A stretch of 63,506 nucleotides of DNA, the filler included, from Octopus bimaculoides (taxonomy: Eukaryota), in NCBI RefSeq assembly GCF_001194135.2. It is 4 parts of 4 records of this genome, joined end to end, with 100 filler letters (N's around TTAATTAATTAA, not from the genome) between each part and the next. Parts side by side here need not be neighbours in the genome. Positions count along the whole stretch, not along the records: positions 1 to 24,215 come from NC_068985.1; 3 more parts are not named here. One strand, written 5' to 3'. Shown one piece after another: positions 1 through 10,519 of the stretch. The notes below the pieces were generated by a model. The model worked only from the letters and a program-made list of their open reading frames with translations, was not told where the DNA came from and ran no database searches. Position numbers and translations under genes: made by a program. The first letter of the stretch is position 1; every line of letters starts with the position of its first letter.

Positions 1-348
1 CTGAGGCAGCATTCATCCAAACTTTCAAGATCCAACCTCAGATTTATCATCGCATTGTCTCTCTACTACCTCTGTCAAATAAATCACCAAAACTGGCCTT
101 TCATTATTTATAATCTGTACCTGTTTGTTTGGTTATGAAATAAAATACACAAAACGTGTTTCTAAATTACGTGTATTTACTTTATATACATATGAGTTGA
201 AAACTTTCTTCTAGCATTCCACTTAATGTCTATTTTCCGTGCTGGCATGGATTGGAGAGTTATTAATGTAGAAATATGGTATCGTAGCTACTAACAGTTG
301 AGGGTCGAGTAGTCTAGACGGCGTTTTTAGATTTCATTATTCTCTTTA

Positions 349-378
349 ACCCGGGCAACGCCGGGTATTTCTGCTAGT
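349..378 (+). mobile_element. Helitron 3' terminus (hairpin + CTAG|T)
   Basis: ACCCGG-GCAACG-CCGGGT stem-loop, 7 nt spacer, then CTAG followed by T: the canonical Helitron 3' end geometry. 5' end not located. Confidence 0.6.
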
Positions 379-617
379 ATATAATATAACTTTTATATAT
401 TTCAGTATATACTGAAGTTTATGTTTCTTGAATTGTGAATTATTTCTCGGCTTCATTTGTTGAAACACAAATATAATATTGACAGAGCATAAATAGCATC
501 GTGAACGATGAAAAATTAAGTTAGATTCCCCCCATCGATTGGTGCAGGAGAACCAGATGTACTCCTGCTGTGACCGACTCCATCTTGTCAGTCGTAGCTG
601 AGGCAACTGCCACTACA

Positions 618-795
618 AATTAAAATAATTTCGAAGCAAATTCAATTACACTCTAAACAATTTAAAATAAAAACGGACAAAACTGAAATAAGATCGAATA
701 AAATTAATATAAATTCGAAGCATATTAAAATAAACTCCAACCAAATTAAATTAAACACGGAATAAACTGAGATAATCTCGGAGCTAATTAAATAT
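618..795. repeat. Degenerate AT-rich short-period satellite (AAATTAAAATAATCTCGAAGC-like units)
   Basis: Recurrent tcgaagcaaatt / aaattaaaataa motifs; similar tract at ~8965-9195 and reverse-oriented remnant at ~1478-1560. Confidence 0.4.
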
Positions 796-2068
796 TTTTT
801 TATTATTAATTAATGGCCTCAACCATATTACCAACGCCTTAATCTATCGAGTAATAAATTGCAGATTAATTTTGTCTGGCAACATTTATTGAACAAGTTT
901 CAAAACATGTGAATTTATGTGAGTCCCCTTTGGTGGGGATACAGGGCAAAATTAGTTTTGTTGTATATGCGTTTACTTCAGTAAAGTCATACGTCCTTCA
1001 GATTGTCATGCTATTATCTGTTGGAATGTAATCATTTCATACGGTGAATGTAAGCATTTCTACAAATTTGTCAATGTTAGTTATGGGTATTCGGGATTCA
1101 ACATATTCTTGTTCAATCTTCTGGGTGTTTGTCACGGATACCTCCGCAGCGTACATATGATGCACAATTTCTACATAGCTAATACAAGCTGTTTTCTTGA
1201 ACATCATTTGCAGTAACAATAGATTCTCAATCTGCTCGTTCAACGTCTACAGTACACAAAGACTTGGTTTCAAGTGCAGACGTCTTCTAATACTGCATTT
1301 GCTTTGAAACTGGTTTTCATCATCCATAAGTAAATCCGCAGAAATTTTAGACTTTAGTCAGATTATGAAATGAATTCAGATTTTTCAGATTTAAAACATT
1401 TCAACGAAGCTCCTGCAGTTAAAAATAGTCAAATGCTTGCTTATGCTTTTATCATTTGATCCAACATTATTTTTAATTGCTTCGACTATAGTTTAATTTG
1501 CTTTAAGTTTAGTTAAATTTTTTCCATATTAAAAAAAAAAATTACTTCGATTTTATTTGAATTTATACATGAGAAACATACAGAGGTTAATACGCGACGA
1601 ATTTTTGAATAGCAGCGAGACTTTTTGGAAATAGCAGTTAAATCCCCTGCAAATCGCACCTTAACCGTCATTTAAAATAGAAGCAATGGATAAGGTAAAT
1701 CTGGAAATGTATAAAAAAGTACGAGATCCCATTGATAAAAGCCATCTAGGTTGAAACATCAATGTCGACACTGAAGAAATAGCGTGTTTTCACACATTTT
1801 TTCCATAGAAATATTTTCTCTACGATAACTACAGTGAATCTGTCTTTTAGCAGTTGATATATGTCACAAGCATAATTTAACTAACCTAAGCATTGCATAT
1901 ATACATATATTTATATAAACATAAACATGTATTTACATATATAGACACACAGACGCGCGCGCACACACACTCTCACACACACACAGACACACACACATGC
2001 ACACACACATGTATATATATATCGATCGTGTGTAAAAAAATATAAAAAAATGGGGAAGGCCGATTTAT

Positions 2069-2129
2069 GGGATTACCTTAGGTTTCCCGTTCATAAAGGG
2101 CTTATGTTTATGGCGTATCGTGAGATCCC
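2069..2129 (-). ncRNA. Type I hammerhead ribozyme-like motif in PLE 3' region (decayed core)
   Basis: GGGAT CTCACGA [stem II with CATAAA/TTTATG] GAAA CC-TAA-GG TA ATCCC: 5-bp stem I, 3-bp stem III, GUA triplet, core one mismatch from CUGANGA. Confidence 0.6.
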
Positions 2130-2224
2130 GAAAACCTGTTGGCTCATGACCTCTTAAATATATGGAGGGGAAATGCCTCACAACTCAAAGGCAACCATTG
2201 GGGATTATCTCCCTTTGCTATTGG

Positions 2225-3230
2225 CTATCAACTTCCAGTTGCGCCGTCATCTTGCTGACTCCAAAAAGCTAGCAGAAAGCTCCTGAAACGTAAACATAGC
2301 CCGAAAATCTCCGTTCTGAAGTTAAGTATATTCGCAGGTTCGATTGAGTCTTTTAGTATTCTCGCGCGTTCTGCTATGCATAACTTGCAACGTTTCGTCT
2401 CGTTGATGTAGGGGGCCTGGGTTCTCGAGGATCTTCCATGAGATCGAGCATGGAATCCCATCGTCTCTTAGTTGTCAGACGTGGCTGGTCAGCGATGTTA
2501 CGTATCTCCTTTCCGGAAATCTGAGGGAGGACCTGTGGTTGAAGGAATGTTGCTTGAAAGAGTTCCCGGAACATCCAATGTATCCAATGGGCATGTGCTG
2601 TCGGCGCTGCACCTGCTGGTGTTGCTGTTGTTGTTGTTGCTACTGCCGCCGACATTGTTGTTGTTGGAGCTGGGGCTGCTAGTGTTGGCGTAGGTGGAAG
2701 TGGTGGAAGTGATGGTGGCGTCGGTAATGGTATCGCCACTGCCGGTTATGGTGAAGGCGCTGTTGTTATTGTGGTCCTCGTCATTGTTGGGAGGGCTGCC
2801 AATGCTGCTAGAAGTGTGATTAGCTGTAGCTCCGCTGGTGTTTTTGCTAAGACCGCTGTCGCTGCTGCTGCTTTTATTGCTGTTATAGGTGGCGGCGGCA
2901 TTGGACCTGTTGCTGCTTCTATAAAAGTCGTTAGGTCTACTACTGTGGACGTTAGGGAAGTTGTTGGTAATGCTGGTGCTGATGGCGACACTGCTGTTGT
3001 TAGTGTTGGTTCCATCGGGGGAACTGCCAATGCTGATGCTGGTGCTGTTATTGCTATTGTTGTTAGTGTTGTTAATTGTAGTGATGGTGGCGGTGTTGCT
3101 GATTCTGCTCGCGTGTCTACGGCTGCTATTGCTTCTAATGGTGGTATTTCCAGAGTTTGCTAGTACTTCGGCTTCATAGACGACCCCTTTGATTTCGCAG
3201 TGGCCTCCCTGCATGAACATCCTGCCTTTT
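2225..3230 (-). pseudogene. GIY-YIG endonuclease of the PLE, with large low-complexity insert
   Basis: GCSCR / GHCEIKGVVYEAEV ... GYIGCSGNSFKQHSFNHRSS ... SHV*QLRD..ISWKILE ... APYINETKRCKLCIAER..ILNFRTEIFGLC, read across frameshifts. Confidence 0.8.
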
Positions 3231-3370
3231 CCTATGGCTAAGGGGCGCTAACTAGGGTGCTCTTAATATTGGGGACACAGCTAAATGAGACTGTAACGTT
3301 GTACCTGTAGGAGCTCGTGAAATGCTTATCTATTAATTTAAGGAATATTCTACCCAAGGGCGTTTTTGTG

Positions 3371-4230
3371 TTAAGAGAGGGGGATGGCAAACCAAATGGT
3401 ATTTCTGCGGCGCTTCTTTCTACGGTTGTTGGCTTCCGGTATGCAGGAGATGCGGTGCCTAAATTTGCTAGCAGCTAGGACCTCGTTATAGTACGGGGCC
3501 GCTGCGTCGAAAATCTCTTGGTTGGAGGAAAGGTTCGTGATCCTCTTACTAATACCCTTTACAAGGTTTTTAAACATGATGAGTGGGTGGCAGGAGGCTG
3601 TGTTGATATGCGTTAGCCTCTCGTTTGGTTTGAGGCAGGGCCTGTATGTACCGGAGCCAAAGCCGAGTGTGATGTCTAAGATGTCCGCAGTTGTGAGGTT
3701 GGTCTCTACGGTGATTTTCAATCTCTTGAAGGCAAGCGTACTGATTAGATTTTTTCTAAGCCTGTCTAGTCTATACCCGCTTGCTCCCCTAGAGATGGCC
3801 AGGGCGTCATTTCTGTAGATGCTAAAGAGGACAGAGGGGGACTTTTTTCTAAGGGCATCGAGTATATACAACCCGATGAGGTCGCATACGTCAGCGCTGT
3901 CGTAGGCTCCCATCGCTACATCAAAGGAGCCCGTTGAGTTAGATTGCTTGACCCAGGACGAATCTTTGTTGAACAACACTGTCTTTCTGGCATGCATAAT
4001 GACTTTTAGATCTCTGTCGCTAATGTTAGTGAAAGGAAGCGCCTTGGCCAGTAGTCCTTTTGATATAGACGGCTAAAAGTTGATTACATCGAACTGGGTG
4101 AACTTTGCTTTGCCTCTTCCCTTGTTGGTGTTAAAGCATGCGGTCACTTCGTTGGTGTTGCGCCACAGGGAAAGGTTGATAGACCTCCTTATGTTGCTAT
4201 TGATATCTCTTAATATGGATTCGTAATATA
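3371..4230 (-). pseudogene. Penelope-type reverse transcriptase (disrupted)
   Basis: KFTQFDVINF*PSI, FDVAMGAYDSADVCDLIGLYIL, IYRNDAL (YRDDGL equivalent), LKITVETN..DILDITL, HINTASCHP, RRRNTIWF: motifs typical of Penelope-group RT. In-frame stop and catalytic DD mutated to ND. Confidence 0.9.
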
Positions 4231-4610
4231 CTATATGTATATATATATATATATATATNNNNNNNNNNNNNNNNNNNNNNNNNNNNNNNNNNNNNNNNNN
4301 NNNNNNNNNNNNNNNNNNNNNNNNNNNNNNNNNNNNNNNNNNNNNNNNNNNNNNNNNNNNNNNNNNNNNNNNNNNNNNNNNNNNNNNNNNNNNNNNNNNN
4401 NNNNNNNNNNNNNNNNNNNNNNNNNNNNNNNNNNNNNNNNNNNNNNNNNNNNNNNNNNNNNNNNNNNNNNNNNNNNNNNNNNNNNNNNNNNNNNNNNNNN
4501 NNNNNNNNNNNNNNNNNNNNNNNNNNNNNNNNNNNNNNNNNNNNNNNNNNNNNNNNNNNNNNNNNNNNNNNNNNNNNNNNNNNNNNNNNNNCATACATTC
4601 ATACATACAC

Positions 4611-4645
<35 letters not shown>

Positions 4646-4646
4646 T

Positions 4647-4834
4647 GGGAGAATATACGAAAAAACAACAACAGACGAGGACAGGTGATGTAAATAACAA
4701 AAGGATGTATTAGTATGACGCTCGGGAATACGGAAAGTCTTTGACGTTTCGAGCTACGCTCTTCAACAGAAAGAATACGGAGACAAGGAGAAAAACACGG
4801 AGAAAAAAAATTGAATAGTGTTCAGTCAACGGTC
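4647..4834 (-). mobile_element. Short PLE-pLTR-like non-autonomous element, family A, copy 1
   Basis: Homologous to 52150-52272 and 56593-56760; abuts (CATA)n/(TA)n; contains hammerhead motif. Confidence 0.65.
4738..4774 (-). ncRNA. Minimal hammerhead-like motif (family A)
   Basis: TCTTT CTGTTGA A GAGC-GTA-GCTC GAA ACGT C AAAGA: 5-bp stem I, 4-bp stem II, palindromic ACGT, GUC triplet; A6 replaced by U. Confidence 0.6.
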
Positions 4835-5440
4835 ATATATATATATATATACACATACATATATATTAATATACATGAAGAAAGAACGAACATAGACATA
4901 AAACAGTAGTTAACTGAATATCTAACTTCTCAGTATGGATTCTCCTTCAGTCTTAACATTTAATCGATGAACAAAAGAAAGACTAACATAACTTTTACAC
5001 ATAAACAAAATTTCAGACGTCAGTCTTGAATTTGTGTTAGCCGATGCCTACATATGTATGCATACCGAGTGTACATGTATATGTCTGTGTATGTATCATT
5101 GTAGTTCTGTTGTTGTTTTTATTGGTTATGTTATTGTTGTTATTGTCACTTGTAGTATGCTGGGTGTTATGTTGTTTCACTTGTTACAACATGAATGTTG
5201 TTGATTAGTCCAAGTTCAGATCTGATCTAGAAGACTTGTGTTTGAAAGTATTCCAGTTGTGACTCTCGCGTTTAATACCTCTCTATAAAACGACCTTTCT
5301 GACTTCAGCATGTAACGTGTCTTGTTATTCTTCTCTTTGATGTTTGCCGTTGGTATTGCTAGTCTTGTTGTTATTGTTATAATTGTTTTGCTGCTTTACT
5401 GCTTTCGCTCTCGATACAATATTATTTTTGAGTATGAAGA

Positions 5441-5700
5441 AGGTGGCGGGCTGGCAGAATCGTTAGCCCGGCAAAAAAAGGGTGAGCGGCATTTGGTCCG
5501 CCTTCACGTTCCGCCTTCACGTTCCGCCTTCACGTTCCGCCTTCACGTTCCGCCTTCACGTTCCGCCATGATCGAATTTGCCTTTCATCCTTTCAAGGTC
5601 GATAAAATAAGTACCAGACGAGCGCTGGGGTCGATGTAAATGACTAACCTCCTCCACCAAAATTTCAGGCATTGTGTCTATCATAGAATGAATTATTTTC
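5441..5700 (+). mobile_element. tRNA-derived SINE family B
   Basis: Head ggtggcgggctggcagaatcgttagc; body tttgcctttcatcctttc..gataaaataagtaccag..ctggggtcgat; shared with copies at 9878 and 16188-16971. Confidence 0.85.
5498..5567 (+). repeat. 13-bp tandem repeat (CCGCCTTCACGTT)x5 inside SINE
   Basis: Five exact units at 5498, 5511, 5524, 5537 and 5550, plus partial CCGCC. Confidence 0.95.
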
Positions 5701-5717
5701 AGTATAAAGGCAGTCAA

Positions 5718-5925
5718 ATGTGGCGAGTTGGGAGAATCGTTAGCGTGCTAGACAAAATGTTAGCGGTATTTCTTCGGCTTTACGTTTTGTATTTCAATTC
5801 CGCCAGTATCGATTTTATCTTTTATGCTTGATGAAATAAATACTAGTCGAACACTGGGGGTCAATGTAATCGACTAGCACCCTCTCCAAAAGTTTCAGGT
5901 CTTGCACCTATAATAGAAAGTATCT
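5718..5925 (+). mobile_element. SINE family B, diverged
   Basis: tggcgagttgggagaatcgttagc...ttcaattccgcc...ctgggggtcaatgtaatcgact...aatagaaag. Confidence 0.75.
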
Positions 5926-5949
5926 TAAATGTGGAAATCCTTAGAGTAT

Positions 5950-6135
5950 CGAAGAAAAGTACTTTCCGTTAATTCTTTCAGTTCTCTACATTCTGATTCC
6001 AAGCCTCATAAAGATAAACTTCACCTTTCATCTTTCCAAGGCTGATAACATGAAGTACCAGTCAAGTACTAGGGTGGAAGCATTTAATTTATTTTCTCCC
6101 TTTAAATTCCTAGTGATGTGCCTATGCTAGATAAA
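5950..6135 (+). mobile_element. SINE family B, old copy
   Basis: ttcacctttcatctttcc..gataacatgaagtaccagtcaagtactagggt..tgtgcctatgctaga. Confidence 0.55.
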
Positions 6136-6144
6136 ATTTATGGC

Positions 6145-6358
6145 CGTTAGAAAATAGTAAGAACATCAGCCAAAATATCGTGCAGTATTTAGTTTCAGTT
6201 CTTTTCTTTCTGAGTTTGAATCCTGCGTGGCCAACTTTGCCTTTCATCGTTCTGCGACTAATAAAATAAAATAGCATCCATGCACTGGAGACGATTTATT
6301 CGACAAATCTCTCCACACCAGAATCCTTTGACCTTGTAGCTATATTAGAAACAATTAT
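6145..6358 (+). mobile_element. SINE family B, old copy
   Basis: tctgagtttgaatcctgc..aactttgcctttcatcgt..ataaaataa..cactgg..gatttattcgac..accttgtagctatattagaaacaattatt. Confidence 0.55.
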
Positions 6359-6864
6359 TTTTGTTATTGTATTGGTGGTCGTACCACCGTTGCTGTTCTT
6401 GTAGTTGTTGCTGTTGTTGTTGTTGTTGTTGTTTAACCTTTCGATATATAATCAAAAGTGTCCCAGTCATTGCCACTCTGGTTTATTTCTCAGGCGCACA
6501 ATGTCTAATTCTACATCAATCAATTTACGAGGAACCGCTGTGTCTTCTACACAATCACTTGTTTTTTAAGATAACAAGATGGATTTGAGGAACATCTGGT
6601 TTCTACTTCGAGCAGGCCGAGTAACCCTGTAGAGCATCTAACTACTATTGTCATTGTTGTTATTACTGTTGTTCCCTTTGTCATTTGCTTTGGAAACCTG
6701 AGTGAAATTATTGATCTACGCGCAACGGCTACAGCCCCTCTTCATGAAACCCTTCCTCACAACCACCAACAACACTATCACCGTTATATAATGTACACAA
6801 CATATTGATTGTTGTTCGGTTGATATCGTAATGTTCAGCATGCTCATTTGTTTACAATTTACTT

Positions 6865-7534
6865 GTGACAGTCATTAAGGCTGCGACCAAGATGGGGCAT
6901 CACAGCTGAAGAATTTTTTAGTCGAATGAATCGACCCCATTACTTATTTTTCTTTAAGCCTGATAACTTATTTCATCGGTCTCTTCTGCCGAATCACNNN
7001 NNNNNNNNNNNNNNNNNNNNNNNNNNNNNNNNNNNNNNNNNNNNNNNNNNNNNNNNNNNNNNNNNNNNNNNNNNNNNNNNNNNNNNNNNNNNNNNNNNNN
7101 NNNNNNNNNNNNNNNNNNNNNNNNNNNNNNNNNNNNNNNNNNNNNNNNNNNNNNNNNNNNNNNNNNNNNNNNNNNNNNNNNNNNNNNNNNNNNNNNNNNN
7201 NNNNNNNNNNNNNNNNNNNNNNNNNNNNNNNNNNNNNNNNNNNNNNNNNNNNNNNNNNNNNNNNNNNNNNNNNNNNNNNNNNNNNNNNNNNNNNNNNNNN
7301 NNNNNNNNNNNNNNNNNNNNNNNNNNNNNNNNNNNNNNNNNNNNNNNNNNNNNNNNNNNNNNNNNNNNNNNNNNNNNNNNNNNNNNNNNNNNNNNNNNNN
7401 NNNNNNNNNNNNNNNNNNNNNNNNNNNNNNNNNNNNNNNNNNNNNNNNNNNNNNNNNNNNNNNNNNNNNNNNNNNNNNNNNNNNNNNNNNNNNNNNNNNN
7501 NNNNNNNNNNNNNNNNNNNNNNNNNNNNNNNNNN

Positions 7535-7586
<52 letters not shown>

Positions 7587-7608
7587 ACAGGCTCCTTTCA
7601 GTTTCCGG
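6865..7608 (-). mobile_element. SINE family A fragment spanning a gap/(TA)n
   Basis: Tail portion at 6865-6997 (gtcgaatgaatcgacccc..tttaagcc..tcggtctcttctgccgaa) and gacaggctcctttcagtttcc after the gap. Confidence 0.55.
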
Positions 7609-8124
7609 CTGTAATAGTTAGTTTGACCCTCGTCCAACCTCTTAGCGCCAACCGTATCTCAGCTACTGTTTACAGATTCTGTAGCACTCCTCGTCATCAA
7701 ATAAGAACTGTGACAGACTGCTAAACACTAAACCTGTCTTTGTTCCGTATCCTACTTCTGGCAGTTGAGTAATGTGTCACTATACATATCTGTTGGAACA
7801 CAAAATAGCACACATCCCTCATGGTTTGTCAAAGGCAAAATTATGACACTTTCCTTATGTCACAGTGTTGCAACTGAAAGTAACATTTTAATTCAACTCC
7901 ATCTAAACCTCCTACAAAAGAATGCTAAAGCTAATACTAGTTACTTTACCTGAAACAGGTCATAGAAATGAAACTTTTACTCATATTTCTGAATCGGTAT
8001 TTAACAGTCCATCTAAATCGTTGGATCCTGCAGTAGTTGCAGCTCCCCCATTTTCATTCTCACTGAGATATTGAGATATTGTCAATTTTGTCAGTTTCGT
8101 TCAGTGCGACATCACGTAAGCAAT

Positions 8125-8850
8125 AATCAAGAGCATTTATGGTATCATTTCATGTCATATTTTCTTAAGAGAACAACTCTAGCCATTAGGAATTGAATCT
8201 TATTCCTCAATTTTGCTTTAATAACAGTTATGCTACTGAATAATGCTTCTACCTCAGCATTTGAAGGATGTAATTTTGAAAGATTAAGAACAAATTATGA
8301 AATATCTCTAAAGGGATTTTCTTTTGCAGTATCTTTTATCTTTTATCATTTACTAGTTTCAGTCATTTGAACTGTGGCCTCTCGCAAGTCATTGGCCGAC
8401 AAGGGGATGTAATAAAAGACACGTGCCCGAGTTGCCGCGCTGTGGGACTGAAGCAGAAACCACGCGGCTGCAAAGCAATGTTTTTAACCAGATAGACATA
8501 CCAGCGCTTAAAAGACGATGCTTACAGTTCCTCGGTTTCCTAAGAGATTGCCTATTTAAGCACGAGCCAGGCTCGACGAGAACTGATGGATTCAACATCA
8601 TATGCGCATTCAAATATGTTCATTATTTATTATATTCGTCCATTTAAGCAAGTGAATTCTATTATACTGTAATTCAACTTACTGTATCAGTTTCATTTAA
8701 ATTCATTGACTCCAAAAGAGGAATAATTGACTTCTTTACATGTCAAAATTATTTGTGATGAAAAATGTTTCATGTTCTTGAAATTGTTTGAATTTCATAT
8801 ACTTCTTCAATATGCTTTAAAATCGGTTGTAATAGTAAAAATAGAGGATA
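8125..8850 (-). pseudogene. hAT-superfamily transposase C-terminal relic
   Basis: ELQYNRIHLLKW ... IKDTAKENPFRDIS*FVLNLSKLHPSNAEVEALFSSITVIKAKLRNKI..RKYDMK*YHKC resembles the hAT dimerisation domain (SNAEVERLFS..KTKLRN). Interrupted by a SINE head. Confidence 0.65.
8395..8515 (-). mobile_element. SINE family A head fragment
   Basis: aagacacgtgcccgagttgccgcgctgtgggactgaagcagaaaccacg: reverse complement of the family A head. Confidence 0.6.
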
Positions 8851-9499
8851 AAGAATATTCTTATGATCGCACAGCGTTTTCTATATGTGAATTTGTAATT
8901 TCAGCTACCACTTCAAAATTATCTCCTTAGCAATTTCCAATTGATAATCATTAATATATTTTCAGGTATAGATTAAAAATATCTCGAAGCTGCCTTAACT
9001 CGAGGCAAATTTAAAGCTTAAAAAAAATGACTTGAAGCAAATTAAAATAAAGTGAAATCAAATCAAAATAATCTCACAACAAAATTATCTGAAAATGAAT
9101 AAAAGTCTCGAAGCAAAATTTCCTCCAAACAGATTAAAACAAGCTCTAAATAAAATTAGCTGAAAACAAATTAAAATAATCTTGAAACAACATAAGTTAA
9201 AGATGAATACCAAGAATCCGCAAGAAAATCGTAGATGTTTAGATAAAACGTAATACATGTTCACGTATTGAATTGTTTAAACTTACCTTGATTAATTTCA
9301 AACCTGCATTCATTTCATTATTTGATTTTGGTTTCCAAGGTTCTATGAATGTTGTACCAGTTCTAGTTGATATTAACATCTAAAACTTGGAGTGTTTCTA
9401 AGTAAAATTAGATAGTCTCTTGCTTTCAAGTACTGGCATTTCGTGAGGTATCAAATATTGAAACATGTAGGTAGCTATACAAGTCTGCACTTGAAACTC

Positions 9500-9760
9500 A
9501 TATTTGTTAAGAAGGCAACAGCATATAATTGGGTTGGTGGGAATCATGCACCACTTTTTTCACCACAGAAGAGATCATCACAAAGTTATGAAGACAGAAC
9601 ATGAACGTATAGAATCACTTGCTAAGTGATGAGACAAATGCTCACAGTTGACATTGAAGAGTATTTGCGAGCATTTACATTCAACGTATGGATTGACTGT
9701 CACCCAACAAACGATAATAAGTCGTCTTTTAAAAAAAAGTCATTTCTTTAAACCAAATAC
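9500..9760 (+). pseudogene. IS630/Tc1-like transposase N-terminal HTH relic
   Basis: VKKATAYNWV..PQKR then (frameshift) KTEHERIESL..KCSQLTLKSICEHLHSTYGLTVTQQTI(I)SRLLKKSHF. Confidence 0.5.
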
Positions 9761-9877
9761 AATTAAATCCAGAGTAACCGTGTTTTGTATTTCCAAATAT
9801 ACGATTTACATTAAATGACGGAAGAGGTTTTTATATTTCTTCAATAAGTTTTGCCCTTCAAAATTAAATTTTAATTT

Positions 9878-9956
9878 AAGGCGGCGAGCTGGTAGAATCG
9901 TTAGCCCGACGGGCAAAATGCTTAGTGACATTTCGTCCGTTTTTTTGTTCTGAGTT
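9878..9956 (+). mobile_element. SINE family B head (cut by gap)
   Basis: aaggcggcgagctggtagaatcgttagcccgacgggcaaaatgcttag..gttctgagtt. Confidence 0.85.
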
Positions 9957-10443
9957 NNNNNNNNNNNNNNNNNNNNNNNNNNNNNNNNNNNNNNNNNNNN
10001 NNNNNNNNNNNNNNNNNNNNNNNNNNNNNNNNNNNNNNNNNNNNNNNNNNNNNNNNNNNNNNNNNNNNNNNNNNNNNNNNNNNNNNNNNNNNNNNNNNNN
10101 NNNNNNNNNNNNNNNNNNNNNNNNNNNNNNNNNNNNNNNNNNNNNNNNNNNNNNNNNNNNNNNNNNNNNNNNNNNNNNNNNNNNNNNNNNNNNNNNNNNN
10201 NNNNNNNNNNNNNNNNNNNNNNNNNNNNNNNNNNNNNNNNNNNNNNNNNNNNNNNNNNNNNNNNNNNNNNNNNNNNNNNNNNNNNNNNNNNNNNNNNNNN
10301 NNNNNNNNNNNNNNNNNNNNNNNNNNNNNNNNNNNNNNNNNNNNNNNNNNNNNNNNNNNNNNNNNNNNNNNNNNNNNNNNNNNNNNNNNNNNNNNNNNNN
10401 NNNNNNNNNNNNNNNNNNNNNNNNNNNNNNNNNNNNNNNNNNN

Positions 10444-10484
<41 letters not shown>

Positions 10485-10519
10485 GCACACACGCACGCAC
10501 ACACGCCCATGTGCAAACA

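Larger units (their letters stand above)
2040..4235 (-). mobile_element. Penelope-like retroelement, decayed, 5' part lost at microsatellite/gap
   Basis: Continuous RT-linker-GIY-YIG homology across stops and frameshifts, plus a 3' non-coding region with a hammerhead-like motif. Confidence 0.93.

Noticed and set aside
519-615. Possible minus-strand exon (ttaatttgtag acceptor; ..AVASATTDKMESVTAGVHLVLLHQSMGGI*)
   Set aside because: No recognisable homology or partner exon.
1037-1340. Minus-strand near-open frame (DLLMDDENQF..NEQIENLLLL..)
   Set aside because: Looks like decayed coding DNA but could not be assigned to any family.
2771-3163. Plus-strand V/A/G-rich ORF
   Set aside because: Antisense shadow of the triplet-rich PLE insert.
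4647-4834. Family A element as the 5' pLTR of the adjacent Penelope copy
   Set aside because: Same strand and nearby, but shares no sequence with the PLE's own 3' region (2040-2220) and is separated by a gap.
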